Assembly: GCA_965219455.1 (NCBI GenBank) | Contig: OZ244744.1 | Coordinates: 160,001 to 224,000, forward strand | Direction of reading: 5' to 3' | DNA from: Candidatus Latescibacterota bacterium | GTDB lineage: Bacteria > Latescibacterota > UBA2968 > GCA-2709665 | Length of the DNA: 64,000 nt | Shown: positions 30,657 to 41,210 of the stretch, piece after piece | How the letters are laid out: every line of letters starts with the position of its first letter | How positions within the stretch are numbered: position 1 is the first letter of the stretch | Translations under genes and position numbers: made by a program | Notes under the pieces: model-generated | What the model was told of the DNA's origin: nothing | The model's database searches: none | What the model saw: the letters and a program-made list of their open reading frames with translations, nothing else

Positions 30657-31586
30657 TTATTGATTAACAAAGGTCAGCCAGCCGTACCGGTCGTCCGCCT
30701 CGCCCGACACGACACCGAAAAAAGCGTCCTGCAGTGCTTTTGTAATGGGCCCGCGGATCCCTTCACCGATCGGAATGTGATCAATCCGTGCAACTGGCGT
30801 CACCTCGGCCGCGCTGCCGGTAAAAAAGACTTCGTCGGCAATATACAGTGCCTCTCTCGGTATGGCGCGCTGAGTGACCGCATATCCCAGTTCTCGCGCC
30901 AGCGTAATTACCGTATGACGGGTAATGCCAGGCAGAATTGACGATCCGGTGGAGGGGGTGTAGATCGCGCCGTTCTTCACCATAAAAATGTTCTCTCCGC
31001 TGGCTTCGCTCACGTGGCCCTGTGCATCCAGCGCGATCCCTTCCACGTATCCATCGGCGAGCGCCTCCAGCTTGATCAACTGCGAGTTCATGTAATTCGC
31101 GCCCACCTTGGCCAACGACGGCATCGTATTCGGCGCCAGGCGGTTCCACGAGGAAAACCGCACCGCCGCACCCTTTTCTAGAGCCTCCTCGCCCAGATAG
31201 GCGCCCCATTCCCACACGGCAATCACGACTTCAACGGGACAGGGCGAGGGATCCACGCCCAGACTTCCGTATCCTCGAAAGATGACGGGGCGCACGTAAC
31301 AGGCCTGAAGTCCGTTCGTTCGGATGGACTCCAGAATGGCCTGAGACAATTCCTCACGTTCATAAGGAATTGGCATCCGATAGATCTTGGCTGAATCGTA
31401 CAGACGATTCACGTGATCCGCCAACCGGAAACAGGCCGGTCCCCTCCGCGTATTGTAACAGCGAACTCCCTCAAAAATACTGGATCCATAGTGCACGACG
31501 TGCGACAACACGTGAATCCTTGCGTCGTCCCAATCCACGAACTTTCCGTTAAACCAGATCTTGTCCGCCTTCGGCATCGGAGGCAT
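30657..31586 (-). CDS. ilvE: Branched-chain amino acid aminotransferase
   Basis: HVVHYGSSIFEG, AKVGANY, EASGENIF, ILPGITR, TGSAAEVTP. Confidence 0.95.
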   Translation of the reverse strand: MPPMPKADKIWFNGKFVDWDDARIHVLSHVVHYGSSIFEGVRCYNTRRGPACFRLADHVNRLYDSAKIYRMPIPYEREELSQAILESIRTNGLQACYVRPVIFRGYGSLGVDPSPCPVEVVIAVWEWGAYLGEEALEKGAAVRFSSWNRLAPNTMPSLAKVGANYMNSQLIKLEALADGYVEGIALDAQGHVSEASGENIFMVKNGAIYTPSTGSSILPGITRHTVITLARELGYAVTQRAIPREALYIADEVFFTGSAAEVTPVARIDHIPIGEGIRGPITKALQDAFFGVVSGEADDRYGWLTFVNQ

Positions 31587-31776
31587 TTCTAATCCCTTTT
31601 GGATGGATGGACGTGTATCCTGCGGAGGACGTCTCCCGCAGACATATAGCTTGCATCGGTACACCCTTTTCCCCCGGCCGCCGGCCCGCAGCAGGCTGTG
31701 GGAGCCTTTTACTCTTCCGTTCGATTCAACTGTGTGTCACCGTGGGGAATCTGTGAAAGTGTGTTCGCCATAGCCG

Positions 31777-32607
31777 CTATCGGCGCCGGAAAATCTGGCC
31801 GCTGGGATCACAAGATGCCTTGAGCGCGCGACAAATCCGCTCAAACTGCGGTATGGAGATCGCCTCCGGTCGCAACCTGAAATCGATGTCGGCTACTGCA
31901 CCCACGCGTTGCAGGATCTCCATCTTGCCATCTACCATTCCCAGCAGGGCATTCTTCAACATCTTTCGCCGCTGACCGAAAGCCGCGCGAACCACGCGAA
32001 AGAAGAATTCCTCATCCTGAATCCCGAAGGGAGTCTTCCCGTCGAAGTCCAGCCGCATCACGGACGAAAAGACCCTGGGTGCCGGATAAAAAACAGCGGG
32101 AGTCAGGTCGAAGAGTATATTCGGTCGCGTATGCAACTGAACGGCAATCGACAGAACCCCGTAGTCCCTGCTGCCCGGTGCGGCGACAATTCGTCGGGCA
32201 ACCTCCCGTTGAACGGTCAGGACCGCTCGCGCAAACCCAAACCGGGCATCAAGGATTCGCTGGATAACCGCGCCCGTGATGTTATACGGCAGGTTGCCCA
32301 CCAGAATCGCCCGTTCAAATCCCTCCTCACGAATCAGTTTGCGAAAGTCAACCGTTAACACATCCTGGTTGCACAGACGCAATCTCCGGCCGAACCTCGC
32401 CCGCAGGAAGACACACAGCGCCTCATCCCGTTCGATCCCGATCACCCTGGCCGATTGTGCCACCAACTGGTCGGTCAGCGCGCCGCGGCCCGGGCCGATT
32501 TCAACGACAAGATCGTCCGCGCGGGCACCTGCCGCCCTGACGATCCTGTGGACAGCCCCTGCGTCGGTAAGGAAATGCTGCGCAAGGCCCTTTTTGGGCT
32601 TCGTCAT
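31777..32607 (-). CDS. rsmA: 16S rRNA dimethyladenosine transferase
   Basis: KKGLAQHFL, EIGPGRG, GNLPYNI, QRRKMLKNAL. Confidence 0.95.
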   Translation of the reverse strand: MTKPKKGLAQHFLTDAGAVHRIVRAAGARADDLVVEIGPGRGALTDQLVAQSARVIGIERDEALCVFLRARFGRRLRLCNQDVLTVDFRKLIREEGFERAILVGNLPYNITGAVIQRILDARFGFARAVLTVQREVARRIVAAPGSRDYGVLSIAVQLHTRPNILFDLTPAVFYPAPRVFSSVMRLDFDGKTPFGIQDEEFFFRVVRAAFGQRRKMLKNALLGMVDGKMEILQRVGAVADIDFRLRPEAISIPQFERICRALKASCDPSGQIFRRR

Positions 32608-33371
32608 CACACCAACCCGAATAGCCGACGGGCATTCTCCGTGGTACGAGCGGCAAGACTGTCCACCGGCTCGTCCGCGCATCCGGCCAGGAATTCGGCA
32701 ATTCGCCTGACATAGGCCGGTTCATTTCGCCGGCCCCGATGCGGGATCGGCGCAAGATACGGGCAATCGGTTTCCAGTAGCACCCGATCGGTGGGAATGT
32801 CCATCGCCACAGGTAACGAAGAGGAACGTTTATACGTCACCGTTCCGCCGAATCCCAGATGGAAGCCAAGATCCACGGCCCGCTTCGCCTGAGCCGGATC
32901 TCCGCCAAAACAGTGCAACGCCCCGCCAGCCGCAATGCCGCCCTCGGCCTCAAGAATCTCCATTACCCGATTCTCCGCGCCACGACTGTGGATAACAAGC
33001 GGAAGTCCCGCCTGCCGTGCCAGGCGTATATGGAACCGGAAAATTCGCTCCTGAAGGGTTCGGGGTGCATAATTCCGAAAGAAATCCAGACCCGTCTCAC
33101 CCACCGCCACAACCTTCTCACTTGATACAAGCCGCTTCAGCGCCCTCAAGCCCGCCCCGTCGGCCAGTTCGACGTCGTGCGGATGAAACCCCACGGTTGC
33201 ATAGATGCCGTCGTGTAGCAACGCCAGATCCAGCGCCCTCCGGCTCACATCCAGGTTTGTACCTACGTTGACAATGCGCCCTACCCCCGCCTCCCGGGCC
33301 CGCTGGATGATCGCTTCTTCCTCCCCCAGAAACTGAGGGAAATTCAAATGGGCATGGGTATCGACAAGCAT
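32607..33371 (-). CDS. tatD: TatD family DNase
   Basis: DTHAHL, GETGLD, HSR, HCF, ETDCPYLAP. Confidence 0.93.
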   Translation of the reverse strand: MLVDTHAHLNFPQFLGEEEAIIQRAREAGVGRIVNVGTNLDVSRRALDLALLHDGIYATVGFHPHDVELADGAGLRALKRLVSSEKVVAVGETGLDFFRNYAPRTLQERIFRFHIRLARQAGLPLVIHSRGAENRVMEILEAEGGIAAGGALHCFGGDPAQAKRAVDLGFHLGFGGTVTYKRSSSLPVAMDIPTDRVLLETDCPYLAPIPHRGRRNEPAYVRRIAEFLAGCADEPVDSLAARTTENARRLFGLV

Positions 33372-33376
33372 TGTGC

Positions 33377-35281
33377 TCAGCCCACCTCCGCTCCGTCGGG
33401 AACGTCGGCATCCGGTTGCAGCAGCGCGACACGGCCGTCCGCCGATGCCGCCAGCAGCATCCCTTCCGACGCCAAACCGCGGATTGTCGCCGGCTCCAGA
33501 TTGGCCACCACCACGATCTGACGCCCCACCAGCGAATCCGGGAGATAATGTTCCGCCACGCCGGCAACAATCTGACGTTGCTCGTCACCCAGACTGACCA
33601 GCAGAGTCAGCAGCCGGTCGGCACCGGGAACTCGTTTTGCGGATTCCACCCTGGCCACTCGAAACTCAAGCTTCTGAAACTCCTTGAACGTTACCAGACC
33701 CTCTTTCCTGTCAGCCATGTCTGTTTTCTCCGAGAGGTTTTCTTCTACCGATTCGATCCTGGGAAAAATCGGGCCACGTGCATTCACCTCCGCCCCGGCG
33801 CGCAACCCGCCCCAGGGATGAAGGCCATGCATCGTCTGCGTCTTCACATCTCCATCCGCTCCAATTTGCTCCCAGATCTCCTCTGACTTGCCGGGCAGCA
33901 CCGGAAAGAGCAGCACCGCCAGATGGCGCATCGTCTCAAGAAGGCCGTAGATTGTAGCCTTTAATGTATCCTTACCGCCCGGATCCTTGGCCAGGTTCCA
34001 CGGCGCCTGCGCTTCCGCGAAGCGATTGGCCTGCCGAACGAGGTCCCAGATCGCATCCAGAATTCCCGTGGGGTTCATATTTCCCAGCGCGTCGATCACG
34101 CCTTCCAGCGTCTTGCGCGCCTGCTCCTTCAACGCGGAAAGGACAGGGTGGTTCACTTCTGCTGCAGGTACCCGCCCGCCCAGGTATCGGTTGGCCATCA
34201 CCACGGTGCGATTCAGCAAATTGCCCAGATCGTTCGCCAATTCGGAATTATACCGGTGGACGAATCCCGTTTCGCCGAAACTGCTATCCATCCCCAGCAC
34301 CATCTCGCGCACCAGAAAATATCGAAAGGCGTCCACACCGTATTTCTCCGCCAGATCCAGGGGACGAATCGCATTGCCCAGAGACTTGCTCATCTTTTCG
34401 TCGTCTACGAGCCACCATCCGTGGGCCATCACCGTGTCCGGAGTCTCAACACCTATCGCTTTCAACATCGTCGGCCAGTAGATGCAGTGCGTGGTCAGAA
34501 TATCTTTGCCTATCAGATGGCAGGAAGCGGGCCACCACCGTGCAAACGCTTCGCCATCCTGAAGATAACCCGCGGCTGTAATGTAGTTGATCAGCGCGTC
34601 GAACCAGACATAACACACATATGACTCATCAAATGGCAGCGGAATGCCCCAGGACAGGCGGGCCTTCGGACGGGAGATACACAGATCGTTCAATGGGCGG
34701 CGCAGAAACCCGAGCATCTCGTTTCTGCGCGTTGCGGGAAGCACAAACCGTGAATCGTCTCGGATATGGTCTATCAGCCACTCCTGATATTTTCCCATGC
34801 GGAAGAAATAATTCTTCTCCGATATCCGTGCCACCTCCCGCCCGCACTCCGGGCATTTCCCGTCCAGCAGATCCTTCTCCGTCCAGAACCGTTCGTCAGG
34901 CACGCAATACCAGCCCTCGTAGTCGTCCGCGTAGATCTCTCCCGCGTCGTAGAGACGCTGGAGAATCTGCTGCACCACGTGCCGATGCCTGGATTCGGTT
35001 GTACGGATGAAGTCATCGTATGAAATATTCAAAGACGCCCAGAGTTTCCTGAAGCGTTCGACCATCTCGTCGCAGTGATCCTGGGGGTCGATACCGCGTT
35101 CCTTGGCTGCCTGCGCCACCTTCTGACCGTGCTCGTCCGTCCCTGTCAGAAACAGCACTTCGTCGCCCGCAACCCGATGATACCGGGCAAACACGTCCGC
35201 CATGATGGTTGTATAGGCATGCCCGAGATGCGGCTCGTCATTCACATAGTAGATCGGGGTTGTAATGTAGAATCGCCCCAT
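33377..35281 (-). CDS. metG: Methionine--tRNA ligase with C-terminal tRNA-binding domain
   Basis: PIYYVNDEPHLGH, YVWFDAL, KMSKS, OB-fold tail (ANLEPA..SEGM). Confidence 0.97.
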   Translation of the reverse strand: MGRFYITTPIYYVNDEPHLGHAYTTIMADVFARYHRVAGDEVLFLTGTDEHGQKVAQAAKERGIDPQDHCDEMVERFRKLWASLNISYDDFIRTTESRHRHVVQQILQRLYDAGEIYADDYEGWYCVPDERFWTEKDLLDGKCPECGREVARISEKNYFFRMGKYQEWLIDHIRDDSRFVLPATRRNEMLGFLRRPLNDLCISRPKARLSWGIPLPFDESYVCYVWFDALINYITAAGYLQDGEAFARWWPASCHLIGKDILTTHCIYWPTMLKAIGVETPDTVMAHGWWLVDDEKMSKSLGNAIRPLDLAEKYGVDAFRYFLVREMVLGMDSSFGETGFVHRYNSELANDLGNLLNRTVVMANRYLGGRVPAAEVNHPVLSALKEQARKTLEGVIDALGNMNPTGILDAIWDLVRQANRFAEAQAPWNLAKDPGGKDTLKATIYGLLETMRHLAVLLFPVLPGKSEEIWEQIGADGDVKTQTMHGLHPWGGLRAGAEVNARGPIFPRIESVEENLSEKTDMADRKEGLVTFKEFQKLEFRVARVESAKRVPGADRLLTLLVSLGDEQRQIVAGVAEHYLPDSLVGRQIVVVANLEPATIRGLASEGMLLAASADGRVALLQPDADVPDGAEVG

Positions 35282-35297
35282 TCACCCAACCTTTCTG

Positions 35298-35353
35298 GTG
35301 TTCTGTCCCGGAAATAGATTGCCGAATGGTGACATATCTCTGGGAAGGGACAC
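35298..35353. mobile_element. MITE family B, internally deleted copy (56 bp)
   Basis: First 26 bp identical to 7839-7864, joined directly to the GAATGGTGA...GGGACAC right end; overlaps the holB stop codon. Confidence 0.7.
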
Positions 35354-36417
35354 TAATTTCCGATTTCTTTGACGTCGCGCCAGAGAGAGACGAGGCCAAC
35401 GTGCAGATTGACATTGCGGCGATTCATCTCCCGCAACGTCTCGATCCTGCTGGCTGTCCGCTGCAGGCCCTCCAGACCGAACGCGCGGGACAAAAGCCGA
35501 ATATCGTCCACCCTTCCCCTGTGAGTCACCCCATCGGCATCGCCGTAGCGGAGAACCAGGACGTCCCGTAGCCACACCTCCGCGCCGCCGAGCAGTTGCA
35601 GGGCTTCATCTCGATCTGCAGCCAGTTTTTCCAGTGCCGCATAGGTTCTGGCCTCCTCGTCCCACAGGAGCGCCGCCAGAAACCGGTACGCCCGGTCTTG
35701 CAGGTCATCAGTCTCCCTGTCGACCATTTCGCGGGCACGCCTGAGGTTTCCGCCGCAGGATCGCGCGATGTACAACGCCTTGTCGGCGTCGACCCCCGGC
35801 CCGTCTATCAACATCCGCGCCACGTCGTCAACCGAAACGGACGAAAACACAACCCACTGACAGCGAGAGACAACCGTCGGCAGCAGGGCCTCCTGGGTGG
35901 ATGACGTGAGAATCAACAGAGAACGTGCGGGTGGTTCTTCCAGTGTTTTCAGCAGCGCATTGGCGGCTTCCACGCGCATCCGATCCGCATGCATCACGAC
36001 CGCCGCCCTCCATCCCCCCTCGAACGTGCCATATGCAAACTGCCTCTGCAAAGTTCGAATCTGCTCGATGGAAAGGGTGGCGTGGTCGGCCGGTAGTGGA
36101 TATCCGTAAGGATCTTTTACGATCTGTCGCAGCGTCTCTCGCTCCATCTCAGGCGACGTTCGCGCTGAAAACGGGAACAACAGTGACATATCCGGGTGGA
36201 TCAAACCCGCTGTCTTCCTGCATCCCCGGCAATTCTCGCAGCACCCCTCTTGCCCCTGGTCGCAGTAAAGGCTCCTCGCCATTTCAAGGGCCGCGGCCAC
36301 CTTGCCCGCACCCACCGGTCCGGTAAACAAGAGGGCGTGCGGCAAATTTTTGCTTCGCACAATCCGCTCAAGCCGCCCCTTCACGCGTTTTTGACCCACG
36401 ACTGCCTGGTCGAACAT
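35353..36417 (-). CDS. holB: DNA polymerase III subunit delta'
   Basis: HALLFTGPVGAGK, Cys cluster, HPD, AANALLKTLEEP, TVVSRC. Confidence 0.92.
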   Translation of the reverse strand: MFDQAVVGQKRVKGRLERIVRSKNLPHALLFTGPVGAGKVAAALEMARSLYCDQGQEGCCENCRGCRKTAGLIHPDMSLLFPFSARTSPEMERETLRQIVKDPYGYPLPADHATLSIEQIRTLQRQFAYGTFEGGWRAAVVMHADRMRVEAANALLKTLEEPPARSLLILTSSTQEALLPTVVSRCQWVVFSSVSVDDVARMLIDGPGVDADKALYIARSCGGNLRRAREMVDRETDDLQDRAYRFLAALLWDEEARTYAALEKLAADRDEALQLLGGAEVWLRDVLVLRYGDADGVTHRGRVDDIRLLSRAFGLEGLQRTASRIETLREMNRRNVNLHVGLVSLWRDVKEIGN

Positions 36418-36439
36418 ACCACACCCGCCCACCATCTGA

Positions 36440-36952
36440 TTAACGCAATGCCGCAACTCCGCCGTTCACCCACTCGGAAATACGTCCGTTCAACGCCTTC
36501 AACATAACGAGCGCATCTTCCCTGGGCTTACGGTAATACCCGCGGCGAATCGCGACCGTCCGAAATCCGAGCTTCCTGTAGAGCCCAATGGCCGCCAGGT
36601 TGGAAACCCGGACCTCAAGGGTAACGACCTGTACATTTCGATCGGGCAACCCTTTCAGCACGGCCTCCACAAACTGTCGACCGAAACCTCGACGCCGAAA
36701 ATCGGTATGCACCGCCAGATCGGCCAGATGATATTCACCAGCCACAAGAAAGCCAACCGCAAACGCGACGACCCGCTTGCCATACACGTAGACAAGACTA
36801 TGGTTGTTCTGTCTGGATAGTGCGTCTTCAAAATCCCGCCTGTGCCAGGGTTCCGCGAAACCGTCGCGTTCGATGTCCACGACCACGTCGAGGTGCCCTG
36901 CGCCCATCTCACAGAGTCTAAATTCGGATATCGCCTGCAAGTCGACCCGCAT
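36440..36952 (-). CDS. rimI: Ribosomal-protein-alanine N-acetyltransferase
   Basis: LAVHTDFRRRGFG, LEVRVSN..AIGLY..GF, RRGYY, EDALVM; AAGGAG RBS before ATG 36952. Confidence 0.9.
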   Translation of the reverse strand: MRVDLQAISEFRLCEMGAGHLDVVVDIERDGFAEPWHRRDFEDALSRQNNHSLVYVYGKRVVAFAVGFLVAGEYHLADLAVHTDFRRRGFGRQFVEAVLKGLPDRNVQVVTLEVRVSNLAAIGLYRKLGFRTVAIRRGYYRKPREDALVMLKALNGRISEWVNGGVAALR

Positions 36953-37670
36953 TGATTTCGGACTCCTTCGGGCCGGCATCGGCCTGATATCGCGTGGCTC
37001 TCGCGTTCTCCACCTGACTCCGGCGGAGGTATTCCGGTTCCGCCGTGTCCACGTCGACCGCATGTCCGGCCCGCAGAGCTTCAACGCCCAGAAGAGCCAC
37101 GGATGCTCCGCTGGGATGGGTGGCTCCGGGGGCAAACCGGGCGTCCTCACCCATATATGCCTCGATCCGGTTCCGGTATGCCAACCCCCCTTCGCCGACG
37201 ATCAACACCGGTTTTGGCAGCCTCGGCATCAGATCTTCGAGAGGCAACGCGGCGTTTTGAAGGCGCGCGGTCAGAACGCCTGCGTCAAGACCGTACACGC
37301 CCGCATAGACTTCGCCGCGACGGGCATCGAGCATCGCACAGACCGGCATCCCTTCAATGACAACCTGTGCCGCCATACCTTTCAGTGTCGGCACTGGCAA
37401 CAGTGGCAGATTCAACGCGATACACAGGCCCTTCGCCGCGGCCATTCCAATCCGCAAGCCCGTAAACGAACCCGGACCCGACCCCACGGCCACCCCGTGC
37501 AGGTCCGCCGGTACGAGTCCCGAGTCTGCCACGGCCCGTTCAACCATCGCCAACGTGCGTTCCGCGTGCCGCAACCCCGTATTCTGCGAATGAGACATCA
37601 GAACCCTGTCGTCGTCCACCAGCCCGACACTGCACACCGGCGTCGAGGTTTCGATTCCCAACACGTACAT
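36918..37670 (-). CDS. tsaB: tRNA threonylcarbamoyladenosine biosynthesis protein TsaB
   Basis: LGIETST, GPGSFTGLRIG, DARRGEVY, PEYLR. Confidence 0.95.
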   Translation of the reverse strand: MYVLGIETSTPVCSVGLVDDDRVLMSHSQNTGLRHAERTLAMVERAVADSGLVPADLHGVAVGSGPGSFTGLRIGMAAAKGLCIALNLPLLPVPTLKGMAAQVVIEGMPVCAMLDARRGEVYAGVYGLDAGVLTARLQNAALPLEDLMPRLPKPVLIVGEGGLAYRNRIEAYMGEDARFAPGATHPSGASVALLGVEALRAGHAVDVDTAEPEYLRRSQVENARATRYQADAGPKESEINAGRLAGDIRI

Positions 37671-37717
37671 CGCACCGCCTTACGACGCTAGAACACGGTC
37701 CCCGTCACCGCCCGGCT

Positions 37718-38740
37718 TCATAACAGGCGCTCCTGCCGCCCGTCCGGGGGATTCAACCCCAGATGCCGATAGGCCAGTGACGTTGCCTGGCGCCCCCTGT
37801 GTGTTCGCAGCAGATAACCTTCCTGAATCAGGTACGGCTCATATACTTCCTCGATGGTATCCGACTCTTCGCCCAGCGCGGCGGCCAGGTTATTGAGGCC
37901 AACCGGGCCACCTCCGTACTTCTCCACCAGAGTCGAGAGGAGCCGGCGGTCCATCTCGTCCAGGCCTTCGTTGTCGATGTCGGCCAATTCCAGCGCGCGA
38001 CCTGCAACATCGAACGTAATCGTACCCCGCGCACGCGCCTGTGCGTAATCCCGCGACCTTCGCAACAGCCGTGTCGCAATGCGGGCGGTACCCCTTGCCC
38101 GACGCGCAATTTCGAAAGCCCCCTCCGGATGAATCTCGATTTTCAATATTCGTGCGGCACGTTCGACGATTGTCTTTAATTCCGGTTCCGTATAAAAGTC
38201 CAGCCGTTCGATGATCCCGAACCGGTCCCGCATCGGACCGGTCAGCAGGCCATAACGTGTGGTTGCGCCGATGAGTGTAAACCGCTCGAGGGGGACCCTG
38301 TACGAGCGCGCGCCGGGACCACTGTCGAGCATAATATCCAGCACGAAATCTTCCATCGCCGGATACAGTGTTTCCTCCACAACCCTGTTCATCCGATGGA
38401 TCTCATCAATAAACAGGACGTCTTTTTCATTCAGGTTGGTCAGCAAACCCGCCAGGTCCGCCGCGCGTTCAAGTACGGGGCCGGAAGTCGGAACGATTTC
38501 GGCCCCCAGTTCGTTGGCGACAACAAATGCAAGCGTTGTCTTTCCCAGCCCCGGAGGACCGTAGACAAGCGCGTGGTCCATGGCCTCGCCCCGGTGCATT
38601 GCCGCATCGACCGCAATCCGAAGCTTCTCCTTGACCTTCTCCTGTCCGGTCATATCCGCAAATCGCGCCGGGCGCAACTGCTCGTCGCCTTCACACTGAT
38701 CCAGGTCTTGCATCTGAGGATCGCTTATCCTTCCAATCAT
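37718..38740 (-). CDS. ruvB: Holliday junction helicase RuvB
   Basis: [33 protein letters not shown]. Confidence 0.97.
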   Translation of the reverse strand: MIGRISDPQMQDLDQCEGDEQLRPARFADMTGQEKVKEKLRIAVDAAMHRGEAMDHALVYGPPGLGKTTLAFVVANELGAEIVPTSGPVLERAADLAGLLTNLNEKDVLFIDEIHRMNRVVEETLYPAMEDFVLDIMLDSGPGARSYRVPLERFTLIGATTRYGLLTGPMRDRFGIIERLDFYTEPELKTIVERAARILKIEIHPEGAFEIARRARGTARIATRLLRRSRDYAQARARGTITFDVAGRALELADIDNEGLDEMDRRLLSTLVEKYGGGPVGLNNLAAALGEESDTIEEVYEPYLIQEGYLLRTHRGRQATSLAYRHLGLNPPDGRQERLL

Positions 38741-38826
38741 TCTGATCTGTCTTTCGTTATTTCCCCGAGCCCATATCCGTTCTCCGGCGTCGCGACATCC
38801 GCATGAACATCGCGCCCTCTGCGGGA

Positions 38827-39420
38827 CTATAGACGCCGTAGCGCTTCTCGGATAATCTCTTCTACCGGTACGTCGTTACCCTGATCGCGGACCACGTGGT
38901 TCACCACGCTACGCGCCTCCAACTGAGGGACGCCCAGACCCGCAAGCGCCATTGCCGCTTCCTCAGCCCGTCCCGCTACCACAGGCGATACCTGCTCCCG
39001 GACATCGTCGTCGGGCACATCGCCGATCCGGTCCTTCAATTCGAGCACCAGCCGACGGGCGAGTTTCGGGCCAATCCCCTTGATCTGCGTGAGTCCCCCG
39101 GCGTCTTCCGATGCCACCAACCTGCGAAAGACCCGGATTTGAACGCCGGAAAGGATCTTCTGTGCCAACGGGGGGCCGATTCCCGAGACTGAAATTAACA
39201 GCTCGAACAAGCCCCGCTCGGCTTCGGTTGCGAATCCGTAAATCGTCAACGAATCCTCGCGCACGTGCAAATGGGTCAATATTCTGAGGGTCTCACCCCG
39301 ACCCCGGCTGGCGTCATAACTTGATAGCGGAATATGAATGAAAAACCCGACGCCTGCAACGTCCACGACCAAATGCGTGGGGCTGTTCACGGCCAGTTTG
39401 CCTTCAAGATAGGCGATCAT
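38827..39420 (-). CDS. ruvA: Holliday junction branch migration protein RuvA
   Basis: [29 protein letters not shown]. Confidence 0.95.
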   Translation of the reverse strand: MIAYLEGKLAVNSPTHLVVDVAGVGFFIHIPLSSYDASRGRGETLRILTHLHVREDSLTIYGFATEAERGLFELLISVSGIGPPLAQKILSGVQIRVFRRLVASEDAGGLTQIKGIGPKLARRLVLELKDRIGDVPDDDVREQVSPVVAGRAEEAAMALAGLGVPQLEARSVVNHVVRDQGNDVPVEEIIREALRRL

Positions 39421-39424
39421 ACGA

Positions 39425-40069
39425 CTACCGACCCTTCCGTTTCGCCCCGGTCGTCCGGAACCTGGCGACGCCCATTTCCGAAAGCTTCTCTTTCAGCCGG
39501 TCCATCTGCTGCGCGCGCGCGTTCGCGCTCCCGGTTGTGGGAATGGCCGCCGCCCGTTTTCCCACAAGGGACTTTTCCTGATGTCCGTGATCGCCCGGCG
39601 CCTGAAGCCGGTTCACGTGGCAAACCGCGACAGCCAGGGCGTCGGTAACATCGTATGGGCCGGTGACGCGCTCCTGACCGAACAGATTTCGTATCATGAA
39701 CTGAACCTGCTCCTTGGACGCCCCGCCACGGCCCACGACGGCCTGTTTGACCTCGCGAGGCGCGTATTCGAAAACGGGCAGTTCCGACCTGGCGAGCGCC
39801 ACCATGATCGCGCCCCGGGCTTCGCACATCTTCATCAACGTCTTCACGTTGGCCCGATAGAAGGCATTTTCGACCGCAACCTCATCAGGCGAGTATTCTT
39901 CAACCAGCCGTACCAGGCCATCGTGAATCTCCAGCAACCGTCCGGGAAAAGAAAGACCGGGATCCGGTCGCAAACGTCCACATGCAACCAGCCGGCTCTT
40001 CCGGCGCTGGTTTTCCACCACTCCATAACCGGTAATGACACTGCCCGGGTCGATACCCATTACAAGCAA
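39425..40069 (-). CDS. ruvC: Crossover junction endodeoxyribonuclease RuvC
   Basis: GIDPG, VAVE, GGASKEQV, DVTDALAVA. Confidence 0.93.
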   Translation of the reverse strand: MLVMGIDPGSVITGYGVVENQRRKSRLVACGRLRPDPGLSFPGRLLEIHDGLVRLVEEYSPDEVAVENAFYRANVKTLMKMCEARGAIMVALARSELPVFEYAPREVKQAVVGRGGASKEQVQFMIRNLFGQERVTGPYDVTDALAVAVCHVNRLQAPGDHGHQEKSLVGKRAAAIPTTGSANARAQQMDRLKEKLSEMGVARFRTTGAKRKGR

Positions 40070-40187
40070 GGCGTCCGCCTTTCAAGGGCGTGGATTGGAC
40101 TCGATACGCTGGTGCAAGACCGGTGACCGCGCCACGCACCTGCGCCAAGGCGAACAGTCCCGTCGGCCAAAGTCGGTCATCTTAAAA

Positions 40188-40934
40188 TTAAATCAAAGCG
40201 GCCAGTTGCTCTTCATCCATCTCGAAGTTCGCATAGACCCGTTGTACGTCATCCTGGGATTCCAACATCTCCAACAGCCGAATGACCTGAGCCGCCGTCG
40301 TTCCCTCAACGGGAACCGTATTCTGCGGCACGCGGGTCAATTCGGCGCGCTCAACGGGAATCTGTTGCGCCGCAAACGCCTTCTGCACCCCGTCAAAGCC
40401 TTGCTGTGACGTGTAAACCTCGTATACTGCTTCCTCTTCAACGATGTCTTCGGCTCCGGCTTCGAGGGCGGCCATCATCAACGTTTCTTCATCGACGTTG
40501 TCTCTGGATATCACAACCAGTCCCTTCTGATCGAAAACCCAGGCTACAGAGCCGCTTTCGGCCATGCTGGCGTTACATTTGTTGAGCAGATGCCGCACCT
40601 GGGAAACCGTGCGGTTTTTGTTGTCTGTCAATACCTCGATGAAAATTGCGACGCCTCCGGGCCCATACCCCTCGTAAACCGCCGATTCGTACGATTCGCC
40701 CGGCAGGTCGCCTGTGCCCTTCTTTATGGCGCGCTCAATATTGGCGGCCGGCATATTTTCCGATTTTGCGTTTAAAATGGCGGCCCTGAGCCGTGGGTTA
40801 TTCGCCTCATCGCGGCCCCCATCCCTCGCAGACACCGTAATTTCCCTGATCAGCCTGGTGAACAGCTTGCCCCTGGCGGCATCCGCGCGTCCTTTTTTGT
40901 GCTTGATATTTGCCCATTTCGAATGACCGGCCAT
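40188..40934 (-). CDS. yebC: YebC/PmpR family protein
   Basis: MAGHSKWANIKHKK, YEGYGPGG, TDNKNRT, DDVQRVYAN. Confidence 0.95.
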   Translation of the reverse strand: MAGHSKWANIKHKKGRADAARGKLFTRLIREITVSARDGGRDEANNPRLRAAILNAKSENMPAANIERAIKKGTGDLPGESYESAVYEGYGPGGVAIFIEVLTDNKNRTVSQVRHLLNKCNASMAESGSVAWVFDQKGLVVISRDNVDEETLMMAALEAGAEDIVEEEAVYEVYTSQQGFDGVQKAFAAQQIPVERAELTRVPQNTVPVEGTTAAQVIRLLEMLESQDDVQRVYANFEMDEEQLAALI

Positions 40935-41210
40935 AAACCGCCCACCTCCTTCGAAGATCAACAAACTCTCGAAAAAATCGCTCTAACTATTTGATAATAT
41001 AGAAACAAATAGATATTAAGGCAATACAAAAAGAAGCGATTTTGCTCGCAGTTTCGCCGCCTCCGGCTTCCTTGATACGCCAGGCCACGAGACCGATCGC
41101 CGGCGACGGGACGTCCCGGCACCCACCACTGGCGACTCCACGGCGTCATGCCGGCCGAATCCCTGCTTCCGGCAGAGGTTCCGCTATTCAGGAGAACACT
41201 CCGCCGTAAA

